Shown here: piece after piece, positions 6,657-14,886 of the stretch
Layout: every line of letters begins with the position of its first letter
Position numbering within the stretch: position 1 is the stretch's first letter
Source: Candidatus Jordarchaeales archaeon
GTDB lineage: Archaea; Asgardarchaeota; Jordiarchaeia; Jordiarchaeales; Freyrarchaeaceae
NCBI GenBank assembly: GCA_038858525.1
Contig: JAWCFL010000008.1
Span: 42,773 to 64,619 of the forward strand
Reading direction: 5' to 3'
Length of the DNA: 21,847 nucleotides
Translations under genes and position numbers: made by a program
The notes under the pieces: model-generated
The model's input: the letters and a program-made list of their open reading frames with translations, nothing else
The model's database searches: none
Told to the model about the DNA's origin: nothing

Positions 6657-7736
6657 TTACCGGTTTCGCCTTTTTCCTTCCAGTATGGCCATGCCGAGTT
6701 CTGCCGCTCTGTTGAATGGTTCTTCCCACTTCTCCCTCAGTTTGACTGTTATTGCATTTGCTGGGCATGTTGTGGCGCATAAGCCGCATCCGAGGCATCT
6801 TTCCTCGTTAACTATCGCTGTCTCCTCAAGAGTTATCGCCCCAACAGGACACCTCTCAATGCATGTCCCGCACCCTATGCAGGAGTCTTGGTCAACTACA
6901 GACCGGAATATTGCGTTGATGTACTTGTGAACCTCATAACCCTTCTTCGTTATTCCTTTGAGGGAAGCGCAACAACAAGGGCAACAATTGCACACGTTTG
7001 AAAGATGCTTCGCGTTCACTGAAGCGTGAACCAGCCCCGCCTCGTCGGCCTCCCTTATTATCCTCACAGCTTCGTCGGGCTTTACCTCCTCCGCCCACCC
7101 GTTCTCAATGTAGTACTCTGCTGCGACGCCGAAGCTAAGGCAGGTTTCAATCGGGTAATCGCACCCCTCACCATTAAGCCTAGCCTCCTTCCTGCAAATG
7201 CACTCCGTCACGGCAGCCACACGGGCGCCCCTCACCAACTCCTCCAGTTTAAGGTAGGGGAGAAGCACGGTGCCAGCAGCTATCTTTTCCTCCAGCGGGA
7301 GAACCTTGAATCCCGGAACGTTGCTCGCCCCCATCTCATCCACATAGGCAGTCTCGTAGTACTCCTTGAATAGGCGCGCTAGCTCTTCGTCGATCTTCTT
7401 CACCGAATACTCGTAAAGGCCTATCATGAATGGGGCTGCGTTATAGAATACTTTGCCCTCCCGCCTAATGCGGAACACAAGCCCCTTTCTCGACATCGAC
7501 TCAAGCATCCCTGCAAGGTCTTTCTCGTCTATACCGGTGCGCCCAGCTATCTGAGAGACTTCCTCAGGAAAAGGTGAAAGAAGAACGAAGAGGCGCGCCT
7601 CATCCTCGCTAAAAAGCCTCCTGAGGATCTTTAACTCCACACCGCCGGGAGTGGCTGGGAGACCTAGAGGAAACTTGTCCAGAAACTCACGTAGCTTCAC
7701 ATAAACATTATCAGACAAGGCAACCACCAGACTCAA
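6657..7736 (-). CDS. 4Fe-4S dicluster protein with N-terminal winged helix and central Cys-rich domain; function unknown
   Basis: C-terminal CIGCGTCIERCP and CLGCGLCATTCP ferredoxin motifs, central CICR...C...C and CNCCPCCC, N-terminal ILRRLFSEDEA...IAGRTG...LESMSRKGLV. The start may be slightly downstream. Confidence 0.85.
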   Translation of the reverse strand: MSLVVALSDNVYVKLREFLDKFPLGLPATPGGVELKILRRLFSEDEARLFVLLSPFPEEVSQIAGRTGIDEKDLAGMLESMSRKGLVFRIRREGKVFYNAAPFMIGLYEYSVKKIDEELARLFKEYYETAYVDEMGASNVPGFKVLPLEEKIAAGTVLLPYLKLEELVRGARVAAVTECICRKEARLNGEGCDYPIETCLSFGVAAEYYIENGWAEEVKPDEAVRIIREADEAGLVHASVNAKHLSNVCNCCPCCCASLKGITKKGYEVHKYINAIFRSVVDQDSCIGCGTCIERCPVGAITLEETAIVNEERCLGCGLCATTCPANAITVKLREKWEEPFNRAAELGMAILEGKRRNR

Positions 7737-8009
7737 GAAAAATAGAAAAAGGGTATTTAATAATTCCGAAAAGAATTATTCTTCCACGTTAACCTCGGTG
7801 ATACGCCGAAAAAGCATTCCTACTTTGCGTTCAAACGATTCAAGTTGTCTCCTCACATATTTGCCACTTCACTCATGCTAGGTCACATGTTTGAGATAAA
7901 TTTAACTCACACGCTGTTTTCCGGTGTTATTTTTCTTTGCGACGTTTCTTTTGGTGTGCTTTAAGTGGTTTGTGTGTTTGGTGGGGTTTTGGTGAGTTTT
8001 GCGTTTGGT

Positions 8010-9209
8010 TTATTTGTGGTGGGTTTTTGCTGGTTCTCCTGGTGGGGATATCCATCCCTTGGCGGCTCCTGCTCTGAGCCCTGCTTCAAGAACTGACTCC
8101 GCTCCATCCATGTCTACTAGGGCGATTATGCTTCCCCCCATTCCAGCCCCTGAAAGCTTGGCCCCATAGGCTCCAGCCTCGAGAACCGCACCCCTTATTT
8201 TCTCGAGCGCCGGGTGACTCACCTCGTAAAGGTCCCTCAGAAGCTCATGCTGATAATTAACAACCCAACCCAAAGCCTCCATCCTGGGCAACCCTCTGAC
8301 TTTGTCGAGAAGCTCGTCTCCATCAGGCGGCAGAGGTTCTCCTTTGAGTAGATTCACCGCTATTCTTGTGGAGGAATGCATTTTTAGGGTGAAAATTATG
8401 CGCTTTGCGGCGGTCTCGCCTATCCCTTTAAGGTATGGTTCGAGTTCTCCTACTGAGATCTCCTCCCACTTCGGCTCAAAGTACCTGTAACCCAGTTTGG
8501 CCTTGACGTTTTCTGGGAGGCTCATTTCCATTAGGGCTTTAAGACCCTCATCTATTTCTCTTTGCCTCTTGGGATGTATTGCTGCCGTGGAGTGCCTTAT
8601 GCCCGAGTCGAATACCGTGAAGAGTAGTTCATTAGAGGGGAGACGCTCAACCCTGAATGGCGGCTTACATTCAAGTAGGATTATTCCACCAAAGGCTGAA
8701 CCATACTGGTCTAGGCGGCCACACGGGATCCCCATTTCGTCGTGCTCCGCCACGTATGCTAGCTCCGCCACCTCACGCGTTGAAAGTCCCAGGCCGTAAA
8801 GCTCGTTTAGAAGCGTTAAGAATGACACTTCTAGGGCTGCGCTGCTCGACAGCCCTGAACCCATAGGGATCTCGCTTTCAACCCAAACTTCAGCGCCATC
8901 AGCGCCTTCCAGGAATCCTCTTTTCGCTAAAACGTTGACCACTGCTCGAAAGTAGTCGCCGAACCATCCTCCTCCCACAAGAGGGCTTCCAGCGTGAAAG
9001 GAATCAATGAACCGTTCACCAGAGTCTTTCATGTTTAACGACGCCACCTTAAAATCTGGGGTGTCTCTCAGCCTGCCAGATACATATGTCCTAAGTGTGA
9101 TTGCTACGGGAACGACAGGCAACCCCTTATAGTCTTGGTGAGTGTTCAGGAAGTCTGCTCTTCCCGGGGCGGACGCCAGAACCCATCCTTCACCCTTGGG
9201 CAGCCTCAC
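8010..9209 (-). CDS. galK: Galactokinase-like GHMP kinase
   Basis: GHMP motif PMGSGLSSSAA, APGR...HQDY, CGRLDQ (catalytic Asp) and GAKLSGAGMGG. Divergent from galT. Confidence 0.8.
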   Translation of the reverse strand: MRLPKGEGWVLASAPGRADFLNTHQDYKGLPVVPVAITLRTYVSGRLRDTPDFKVASLNMKDSGERFIDSFHAGSPLVGGGWFGDYFRAVVNVLAKRGFLEGADGAEVWVESEIPMGSGLSSSAALEVSFLTLLNELYGLGLSTREVAELAYVAEHDEMGIPCGRLDQYGSAFGGIILLECKPPFRVERLPSNELLFTVFDSGIRHSTAAIHPKRQREIDEGLKALMEMSLPENVKAKLGYRYFEPKWEEISVGELEPYLKGIGETAAKRIIFTLKMHSSTRIAVNLLKGEPLPPDGDELLDKVRGLPRMEALGWVVNYQHELLRDLYEVSHPALEKIRGAVLEAGAYGAKLSGAGMGGSIIALVDMDGAESVLEAGLRAGAAKGWISPPGEPAKTHHK

Positions 9210-9264
9210 ATTACTTCTCCTCTCGACTTTTATAGCAGTATGAAGACTTGTAAAGTGTTATAAG

Positions 9265-9276
9265 TAAGTTTTTTGG
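9265..9276 (-). promoter_or_regulatory. BRE/TATA-like element for galK in the divergent galK/galT spacer
   Basis: Minus strand CCAAAAAACTTA(CTTATAA), the same A-run/CTTA core as before 2855 and 3753, but without an upstream ATCGCA. Confidence 0.4.
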
Positions 9277-9316
9277 AGGTTGAAAAGAGAGCTGGATGAG
9301 TAGATGATGCCGTGGG

Positions 9317-10327
9317 GTGTCAAGTGTGCAGGAGCTAAGGTGGAACCCCGTTTTGGGCGAGTGGGTCATTGTTGCTTCTCACAGGAAAGAACGTCCCGTT
9401 GACAGTGTTGAAAAGAGGCGATGTCCTTTCTGCCCCGGGAGCCCTGAAGTTGAAGGCGAATGGGAGGTTTTGAGCTTACCTAACAGGTTTCCGTCCCTTG
9501 TGCCAAACCCGCCGAAGCCAACTAGGCACAGGTTTTACAGGACTAAGCCGGCTAGAGGCGTGTGCGAGGTCATATTGGAGACAAGGGAACACGAAGGGGA
9601 CTTGTGCGACCTCACGCTGGAGAGGGTGAAGAAGGTTGTCGACCTTTACGCTGAAAGGTACAGCGAGCTGGGAAAGCTGAGTTACGTTAAGTACGTGTTT
9701 ATATTTAGGAATAAGGGGGAGGTTATAGGGGTTACCCTTCACCATCCACACTCCCAGCTCTATGCGCTTCCCTTCATACCTCCAGTAGTAGCTAGAGAGC
9801 TTAAGTCGAGCAAGCGTCACTACGGAGAAAAGGGGGAGTGCTTGTTCTGCAGAATTATGAAGGTTGAAGAGGAGGATGCAGTAAGGGTTGTTTACGAAAA
9901 CAACGACTTCATTTGCTTTCTTCCTTTCTACGCTAAGTGGCCTTACGAGCTCCACGTCTACCCGAAGAGACACGTCCAGTCGCTTCCAGAATTAACTGAG
10001 AATGAGAGGTTCTGGCTTGCGGATGCGCTCAGAACAGTCACGGCAACTTATAATGGTCTTTTCGACTTCTCAATGCCCTACATAATGTCAATACACCAGA
10101 AGCCGACTGATGGGAAAAGCTACGATTATTACCATCTTCACGTCGAGTTCTATCCTCCCTACCGTAGCAGGGATAAGCTCAAATACCCGGCGGGAATAGA
10201 GAGAGGGGCAGGAACATGGACGTACGACGCGACGCCGGAAGAAAAGGCTGAAGAGCTGAGAAGAGCAGCGCGAAAAGTAGAAGCTGGGAAAACAAATACT
10301 ATAAAGTTAATTAATGGGAACGTTTAA
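9317..10327 (+). CDS. galT: Galactose-1-phosphate uridylyltransferase
   Basis: ELRWNPVLGEWVIVASHRKERP, CPFCPG, NRFP, FRNKGEVIGVTLHHPHSQ (HPHxQ catalytic motif) and HVEFYPP. Confidence 0.95.
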   Translation: MSSVQELRWNPVLGEWVIVASHRKERPVDSVEKRRCPFCPGSPEVEGEWEVLSLPNRFPSLVPNPPKPTRHRFYRTKPARGVCEVILETREHEGDLCDLTLERVKKVVDLYAERYSELGKLSYVKYVFIFRNKGEVIGVTLHHPHSQLYALPFIPPVVARELKSSKRHYGEKGECLFCRIMKVEEEDAVRVVYENNDFICFLPFYAKWPYELHVYPKRHVQSLPELTENERFWLADALRTVTATYNGLFDFSMPYIMSIHQKPTDGKSYDYYHLHVEFYPPYRSRDKLKYPAGIERGAGTWTYDATPEEKAEELRRAARKVEAGKTNTIKLINGNV

Positions 10328-11465
10328 GTGTGGTGTTGATATGAGTGATGAGGGGGCTAGGGTGAGTTTGCTTGATGGGGTTTGTCTCGCCGTAGCTGAC
10401 GAGGTGAGGGGGCCAATTTGTGTTCACAGTTTAGGGTTGAGTTCTAAGCTCGCTGACCGGGCTACTATGAAGGCGCTGATAGGGACTATCTCTGTTGGAA
10501 CCCGCTTAGCTGAGGAGGAAATATCCATAGTTCCGTTGCAGGATGAGGGAAAGAGTATTTTTTCCTATGTTTTCCCCTACGAGGACAGGACTGCTAGAGG
10601 TGGCGCAAGGGTCCTCTCAATAATGCTTGTGACTGACAAGAAGAACACGGCCTTCCTCTATAGGTTCGCGCCAGTAATATATGACAAGGTTAGGAAAGTT
10701 GCTGAGGAGATCAAGCCATACTACAAGCCACCCCTCTACTTTGAGGAGGCAGGACTAAGAAAGCTTGGCGAGCTTATGGAGATAGACGTATCCATGGTGA
10801 CGCCACTTAAACTCAAAGAGTACCTCATACAGTTTTACCTTTCACGTTCCGACGAAAGAAGGAGAAGTCTTCTGGCGAGGACGGTGAGCATAGCGAGGGG
10901 AATCACGCTTAGCGGCGAAAAGGTGGACTTAGCCGGACTTGGAAAGGACGGAAAGCCAATATGGGTTCTGATGACAACCAACATTATTACGGGAGGACCT
11001 GAAAAGCTCATCGAGTGTTATAAGACAGTTAAGGAGCTTAGAGAGAGAAATCCGTGGGTGGAAGTCTTCTTCCTCTTAGACGAGTTGAGGTACTCTGGAA
11101 CAGTGGCGTTGCCGGACATAGAACTCGACAAGACCGAAAACGTTGGTGTAAGCCTAGACAGCGACGGCAGGGTGAGGCTAATAGGACTAGGAGAAAGGGG
11201 GAAGCTTCTCTGGCTTTTCATTCCGGTGAAGCTCATAACAAGCCCGAAGGAGCAGGAGGAGGAAAGAAGGAAAATTTACGAGAAAAAAATGGATAACCCT
11301 GACGTCGAGGCAGTCTTCACACTCTGCGAAATCTTTTCGGATACCGAGGTGAAGATACCTGAGGAAGCACAGGAGCCAGGAGTGAAAATAACGCTAGTAA
11401 AAAAGAAGATCGGATTAAGAGAGAAGTACAAGAAAGTGATAGAGAAGCTGAGGGGTGGAGACTAG
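10314..11465 (+). CDS. Folliculin/SMCR8-like longin (uDENN) domain fused to a tandemly duplicated alpha/beta domain
   Basis: AVADEVRGPI first strand/turn and FSYVFPYEDRTARGGARVLSIMLV, comparable with the F-x-x-x-D-x-x-ARG-x-x-R-x-x-S-I hairpin of folliculin/SMCR8. The C-terminal half has two similar units of about 80 aa. The start may be the ATG at 10341. Confidence 0.65.
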   Translation: MGTFKCGVDMSDEGARVSLLDGVCLAVADEVRGPICVHSLGLSSKLADRATMKALIGTISVGTRLAEEEISIVPLQDEGKSIFSYVFPYEDRTARGGARVLSIMLVTDKKNTAFLYRFAPVIYDKVRKVAEEIKPYYKPPLYFEEAGLRKLGELMEIDVSMVTPLKLKEYLIQFYLSRSDERRRSLLARTVSIARGITLSGEKVDLAGLGKDGKPIWVLMTTNIITGGPEKLIECYKTVKELRERNPWVEVFFLLDELRYSGTVALPDIELDKTENVGVSLDSDGRVRLIGLGERGKLLWLFIPVKLITSPKEQEEERRKIYEKKMDNPDVEAVFTLCEIFSDTEVKIPEEAQEPGVKITLVKKKIGLREKYKKVIEKLRGGD

Positions 11466-11470
11466 CCCGC

Positions 11471-12589
11471 TCACCTCAAAACCTGGATGGATGAAGCCTT
11501 AAAAACAACGTGAACTTTTTCTCCCTCTCTCAATTTCATATCTTCGACAGATGCTTTCGTCGCCAGCGCCTCAACTCGTAGTCCTCCGATAGAAGCGAAA
11601 ACTCTCACTAGTGGTCCTTGAAATGACATGTCCACTACTGTTGCCTCTAGAACGTTACGTGCACTGGTCTCTGGCTTAGCTTTAGCCAAGATCACGTCCT
11701 CCGGCCTCACTAAAAAATTAACCATTCCCCCCACCTGTAGGTCTGGACTGTAGGGTATTAAGAGCCTGTAGCCCTCAACACTCACAAGTGTGACTCCATT
11801 CTCCCTGTCATGCGACTCAATCCGCCCTGAGAAAACGTTTCCGAGACTCATGAAGGACGCAACAAATGGGCTTTGGGGGTGTTCCATTAGCTCCCTCAAG
11901 CTTCCCGCTTGCTCTATGGCTCCATCTCTCATAACGGCAACCCTGTCAGCTAGGATATGTGCGTCCACTTGATCGTGTGTAACGTAAATCATCGTCATCC
12001 CGGTATTCCTGTGAATCCTGAGCAGTAGCTCCCTTGCTGATCTTCTAGTCTGAGGGTCAAGGTTACTTAGAGGCTCGTCCAATAAGAGGACACGCGGCTC
12101 CGTAACCAGAGTCCTAGCGAGGGAAACTCTCTGCTTCTCGCCTCCACTGAGAGAAGACGGCATTCTATCTTCAAGTCCTTCAAGGCCAAGTTCCCTCATA
12201 ACCTCTTTAACCCTCCTAGCGGCTTCACTACCTCTCACCCCGCGCATTTTTAAGCCGTAAAGAATGTTCTCTAACACCGTCATGTGAGGGAAAAGAGCAA
12301 AGTCTTGAAAGACCATACTTATATTTCTCTTCTCCGGCGGTAGACTGTCCACGCATTTCCCATCAAGGAAAACATGTCCTCTGTCTTGTTTCGTTAGCCC
12401 AGCGATCACGTTAAGGAGCGTTGTTTTGCCACACCCCGTAGGTCCAAGCACAACGAAGAATTCTCCCTCATCAACCTCAAGGTTCACATCCCTGAGCGCC
12501 TGAATAACCCTTCTCTTCCCTCTCAGCAACATTGCTAGGGGAGTTGGGAGAGAATACGATTTCCATACAGACTCAAGTCTCAGCGCCAT
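11471..12589 (-). CDS. wtpC: Tungstate/molybdate ABC transporter ATPase with TOBE domains
   Basis: Walker A GPTGCGKT, signature LSGGEKQR, Walker B LLLDEP, H-loop YVTHD, C-terminal TOBE (SARNVLEATV...FKAS). Confidence 0.9.
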   Translation of the reverse strand: MALRLESVWKSYSLPTPLAMLLRGKRRVIQALRDVNLEVDEGEFFVVLGPTGCGKTTLLNVIAGLTKQDRGHVFLDGKCVDSLPPEKRNISMVFQDFALFPHMTVLENILYGLKMRGVRGSEAARRVKEVMRELGLEGLEDRMPSSLSGGEKQRVSLARTLVTEPRVLLLDEPLSNLDPQTRRSARELLLRIHRNTGMTMIYVTHDQVDAHILADRVAVMRDGAIEQAGSLRELMEHPQSPFVASFMSLGNVFSGRIESHDRENGVTLVSVEGYRLLIPYSPDLQVGGMVNFLVRPEDVILAKAKPETSARNVLEATVVDMSFQGPLVRVFASIGGLRVEALATKASVEDMKLREGEKVHVVFKASSIQVLR

Positions 12590-12595
12590 TAAAGC

Positions 12596-13513
12596 TCACC
12601 TCTCGATTAGAAGTCTTACAACGAGTAAAACAACAGAGGACACGGCGAGGAGCAATATGGCTGCGGCGATGCTCGGGTATATTCCCCCAGCCCAGAACTT
12701 CCAGTATATGGCCGTCGTCAGCGTGTAGCTCTGACCCGGGACGTTACTTGAGACCATTATGGTTGCACCGAACTCGCCCATGGCCCTAGCCCACATCATA
12801 GCCCAGCCAGCAGCTAGCCCTCTAGTTGAAAGGGGAAGAGTGACCGAGCGGAAAACCTTGAAGGGAGATGCGCCCAGGCTCCTCGCGGCTAGCTCGAGGT
12901 CCACTGGTACCTCCTCGAAGGAGGCTATGGCTGAGCGAATAAAGAAGGGGGAGGCGACGAATGTTTGAGCCAGTATTATTCCGCGCCAAGTAAACACGAG
13001 TTCCCACCCGGCCTGCCTCAGGAAGGATCCTAGCGGAGTGTTTGGTCCAAGCAGAAGTATCAGGCTTATTCCAGCCACGACGGGAGGAAGAACCATTGGG
13101 AGCTCCACGAGCGTCTTAAGTATTCGTCTCCCCGGGAAATCGTAACGGGCCAGCAGGTAAGCCAAGGGGAGACCAAGACAAATGCAGATCATGCTTGAGA
13201 CGCCGGAGGTTATAAGGCTGACCCTTAACGCATCCAGCAAAACTTCGTCTTGGAAGGCTATTAGCATGGGGTTTCCGGAGTAAAGTTGAAGCTCAGCTAA
13301 TAAGGCCTCGAAGTCACCTGAAGCTAAGGAGCTATAAAATCTCTGAAAGGCTCCGGGATCTGCGTATGACGGGTTAATTGAGGAATAGATGAGCGTTCCG
13401 AGGGGGGCGAGGAACATGAATATGAGAAATGACAGCCCCAACGCGGCCATCGAAACCGGGAAAAGGGGGAAAGCCCCTCTGGCGTGCTTAGCTTCGTCGT
13501 TTCTCGGCTGCAA
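12596..13513 (-). CDS. wtpB: Tungstate/molybdate ABC transporter permease
   Basis: LPMVLPPVVAG, EAA loop ELAARSLGAS and WARAMGEFGAT; lies between the binding-protein and ATPase genes. Confidence 0.9.
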   Translation of the reverse strand: MQPRNDEAKHARGAFPLFPVSMAALGLSFLIFMFLAPLGTLIYSSINPSYADPGAFQRFYSSLASGDFEALLAELQLYSGNPMLIAFQDEVLLDALRVSLITSGVSSMICICLGLPLAYLLARYDFPGRRILKTLVELPMVLPPVVAGISLILLLGPNTPLGSFLRQAGWELVFTWRGIILAQTFVASPFFIRSAIASFEEVPVDLELAARSLGASPFKVFRSVTLPLSTRGLAAGWAMMWARAMGEFGATIMVSSNVPGQSYTLTTAIYWKFWAGGIYPSIAAAILLLAVSSVVLLVVRLLIER

Positions 13514-13516
13514 GGT

Positions 13517-14566
13517 TTAACCCTCCATGCAAACTTCTCTTATCTGGGGGGGTGTCGATGCCGTGTCGCCCATGAGTATGGGGGGGTAAACGGGTGGTTG
13601 GCTGTTCCTCTCCATGATGGAAGCCCCTTTAGTTAGTATGAAGCGTAGGAAAACAGTAGCCCAGTAAGAGTTTTCTGCGGTGGTGGGGATGGAGGCAGCG
13701 TATGAGATTGATGAGCCGCGGTAAGTTCTCCCGCTCTCCGTTGTTATGGTGAAGCGCGAGTACCACTCGTTAAACTCGCTGTATGGGACGCCTAGACTCA
13801 CGTTCCCGGGCAATCTTATGTAGGGAAGACCGAACTGCTCCGCCAGGGAGAGGTATGTCCAGCCCGCGTCAATTTGCCCTGTCTGGAGGGCTACCATCAA
13901 GTCGAACTCTTTCGCTGCCACGAAAACGTTGCTGGGATTGGAGAGGTACAGAGTTTTAATTATGCCCATTTCAGGATACCCCGGGAACTCGTCTCTGTGC
14001 TCTGGGTAGTATGCATCGCATATGTTAAAGACTATGAGCGTCCTGTAACCGCAAGGGTCGCTGTCAGGATTCGCCCTACCCCACTTCTTCACCTGATTTG
14101 GGTCAGCTAGCTTCCAATACCAGTTTTTCTCGTTAAGCCCAGCCGGGTTTCCGGGTGCCAGCGCGAGCACTATCTCGTTCCTAGCGAAGACAGCCCACCA
14201 CTCACAGTAACGCTTCATAGATCTAGGAGCGTAGCTTTCAGCCAGCTCGTCCTCTATCACTTTGTAGTCTGAGACAAGGATCAAGTCGCACCGTGCCCCA
14301 GCCTTCACAAGGCGAGCACACTCTAGGGACCCGTGAGCTGATATGCGGATTTCCACATATGGGTGCTCTGCCCTGAAAGCCTCGGCGAGCTCACTCACTA
14401 TTTTGCTCAAGCTTCCCGCGCAGAGCACATGGATCTCTACGCGGCCCGCTGACGAGACGCCCAAATAGTGCTCTTGCATGTAAAAGCCGTATAGGGAGAA
14501 AATCGCTAGGATCATTACTAAGGCTGCGAATGCTGTGGTAGGCTTACACCAGCGTCGAGGCATCAT
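13517..14566 (-). CDS. wtpA: Tungstate/molybdate-binding protein, WtpA type
   Basis: N-terminal membrane anchor, AGSL, GSLECAR, GRANPDSDPCGYR and KEFDL. These supply the Asp and Glu that give WtpA-type octahedral metal coordination, unlike ModA. Confidence 0.88.
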   Translation of the reverse strand: MMPRRWCKPTTAFAALVMILAIFSLYGFYMQEHYLGVSSAGRVEIHVLCAGSLSKIVSELAEAFRAEHPYVEIRISAHGSLECARLVKAGARCDLILVSDYKVIEDELAESYAPRSMKRYCEWWAVFARNEIVLALAPGNPAGLNEKNWYWKLADPNQVKKWGRANPDSDPCGYRTLIVFNICDAYYPEHRDEFPGYPEMGIIKTLYLSNPSNVFVAAKEFDLMVALQTGQIDAGWTYLSLAEQFGLPYIRLPGNVSLGVPYSEFNEWYSRFTITTESGRTYRGSSISYAASIPTTAENSYWATVFLRFILTKGASIMERNSQPPVYPPILMGDTASTPPQIREVCMEG

Positions 14567-14572
14567 GTCACC

Positions 14573-14598
14573 CCGTTATGAATAACAATACATAACGG
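14573..14598. promoter_or_regulatory. ModE-box-like operator overlapping the wtpA ribosome-binding site
   Basis: CCGTTATG-N10-CATAACGG perfect inverted repeat, which can be read as CGTTATGAA-N6-TACATAACG against the ModE consensus CGTTATATA-N6-TATATAACG. One arm abuts GGGGTGAC-ATG of wtpA. Confidence 0.6.
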
Positions 14599-14886
14599 AA
14601 CTGCTTCCTCCTAAAAAACTTATGGCTCCCACAAGAAAAAGTAAACAGTAATGAACGGCCAACCACCAACATTTTTTCGCTTTCAAGACAAAGCGTGAAC
14701 TCGTTGCCTAGCATTTCACCAAGACGATTAACTATTTTATTTTTAAAGTAAAAAGATGGGTTCACCCAGCTCTCTTCCAAGAGTACCCGGAGCAAGGAAA
14801 GCGATTTGGAGGAGAAATCAAGTTACCTATAAAAAAAGGATACTACTGTATCTGTGTTAAGTTTGTTGGATCATTAGGCGGCTTGT

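Noticed and set aside
7771-7783. Short palindrome AAGAAT-T-ATTCTT upstream of the 4Fe-4S gene promoter
   Set aside because: Only 6-bp AT-rich arms, which are likely by chance, and no second copy was seen.
7920-8030. G/T-rich low-complexity tract considered as a repeat array or CRISPR remnant
   Set aside because: No fixed repeat unit or spacer periodicity; treated as part of the compositional-skew observation.
14568-14795. 75-aa ORF ending just before the wtpA start
   Set aside because: TTG start without a ribosome-binding site, no motif, and it runs through AT-rich promoter-like DNA and the operator palindrome. Probably spurious, though a leader peptide cannot be excluded.
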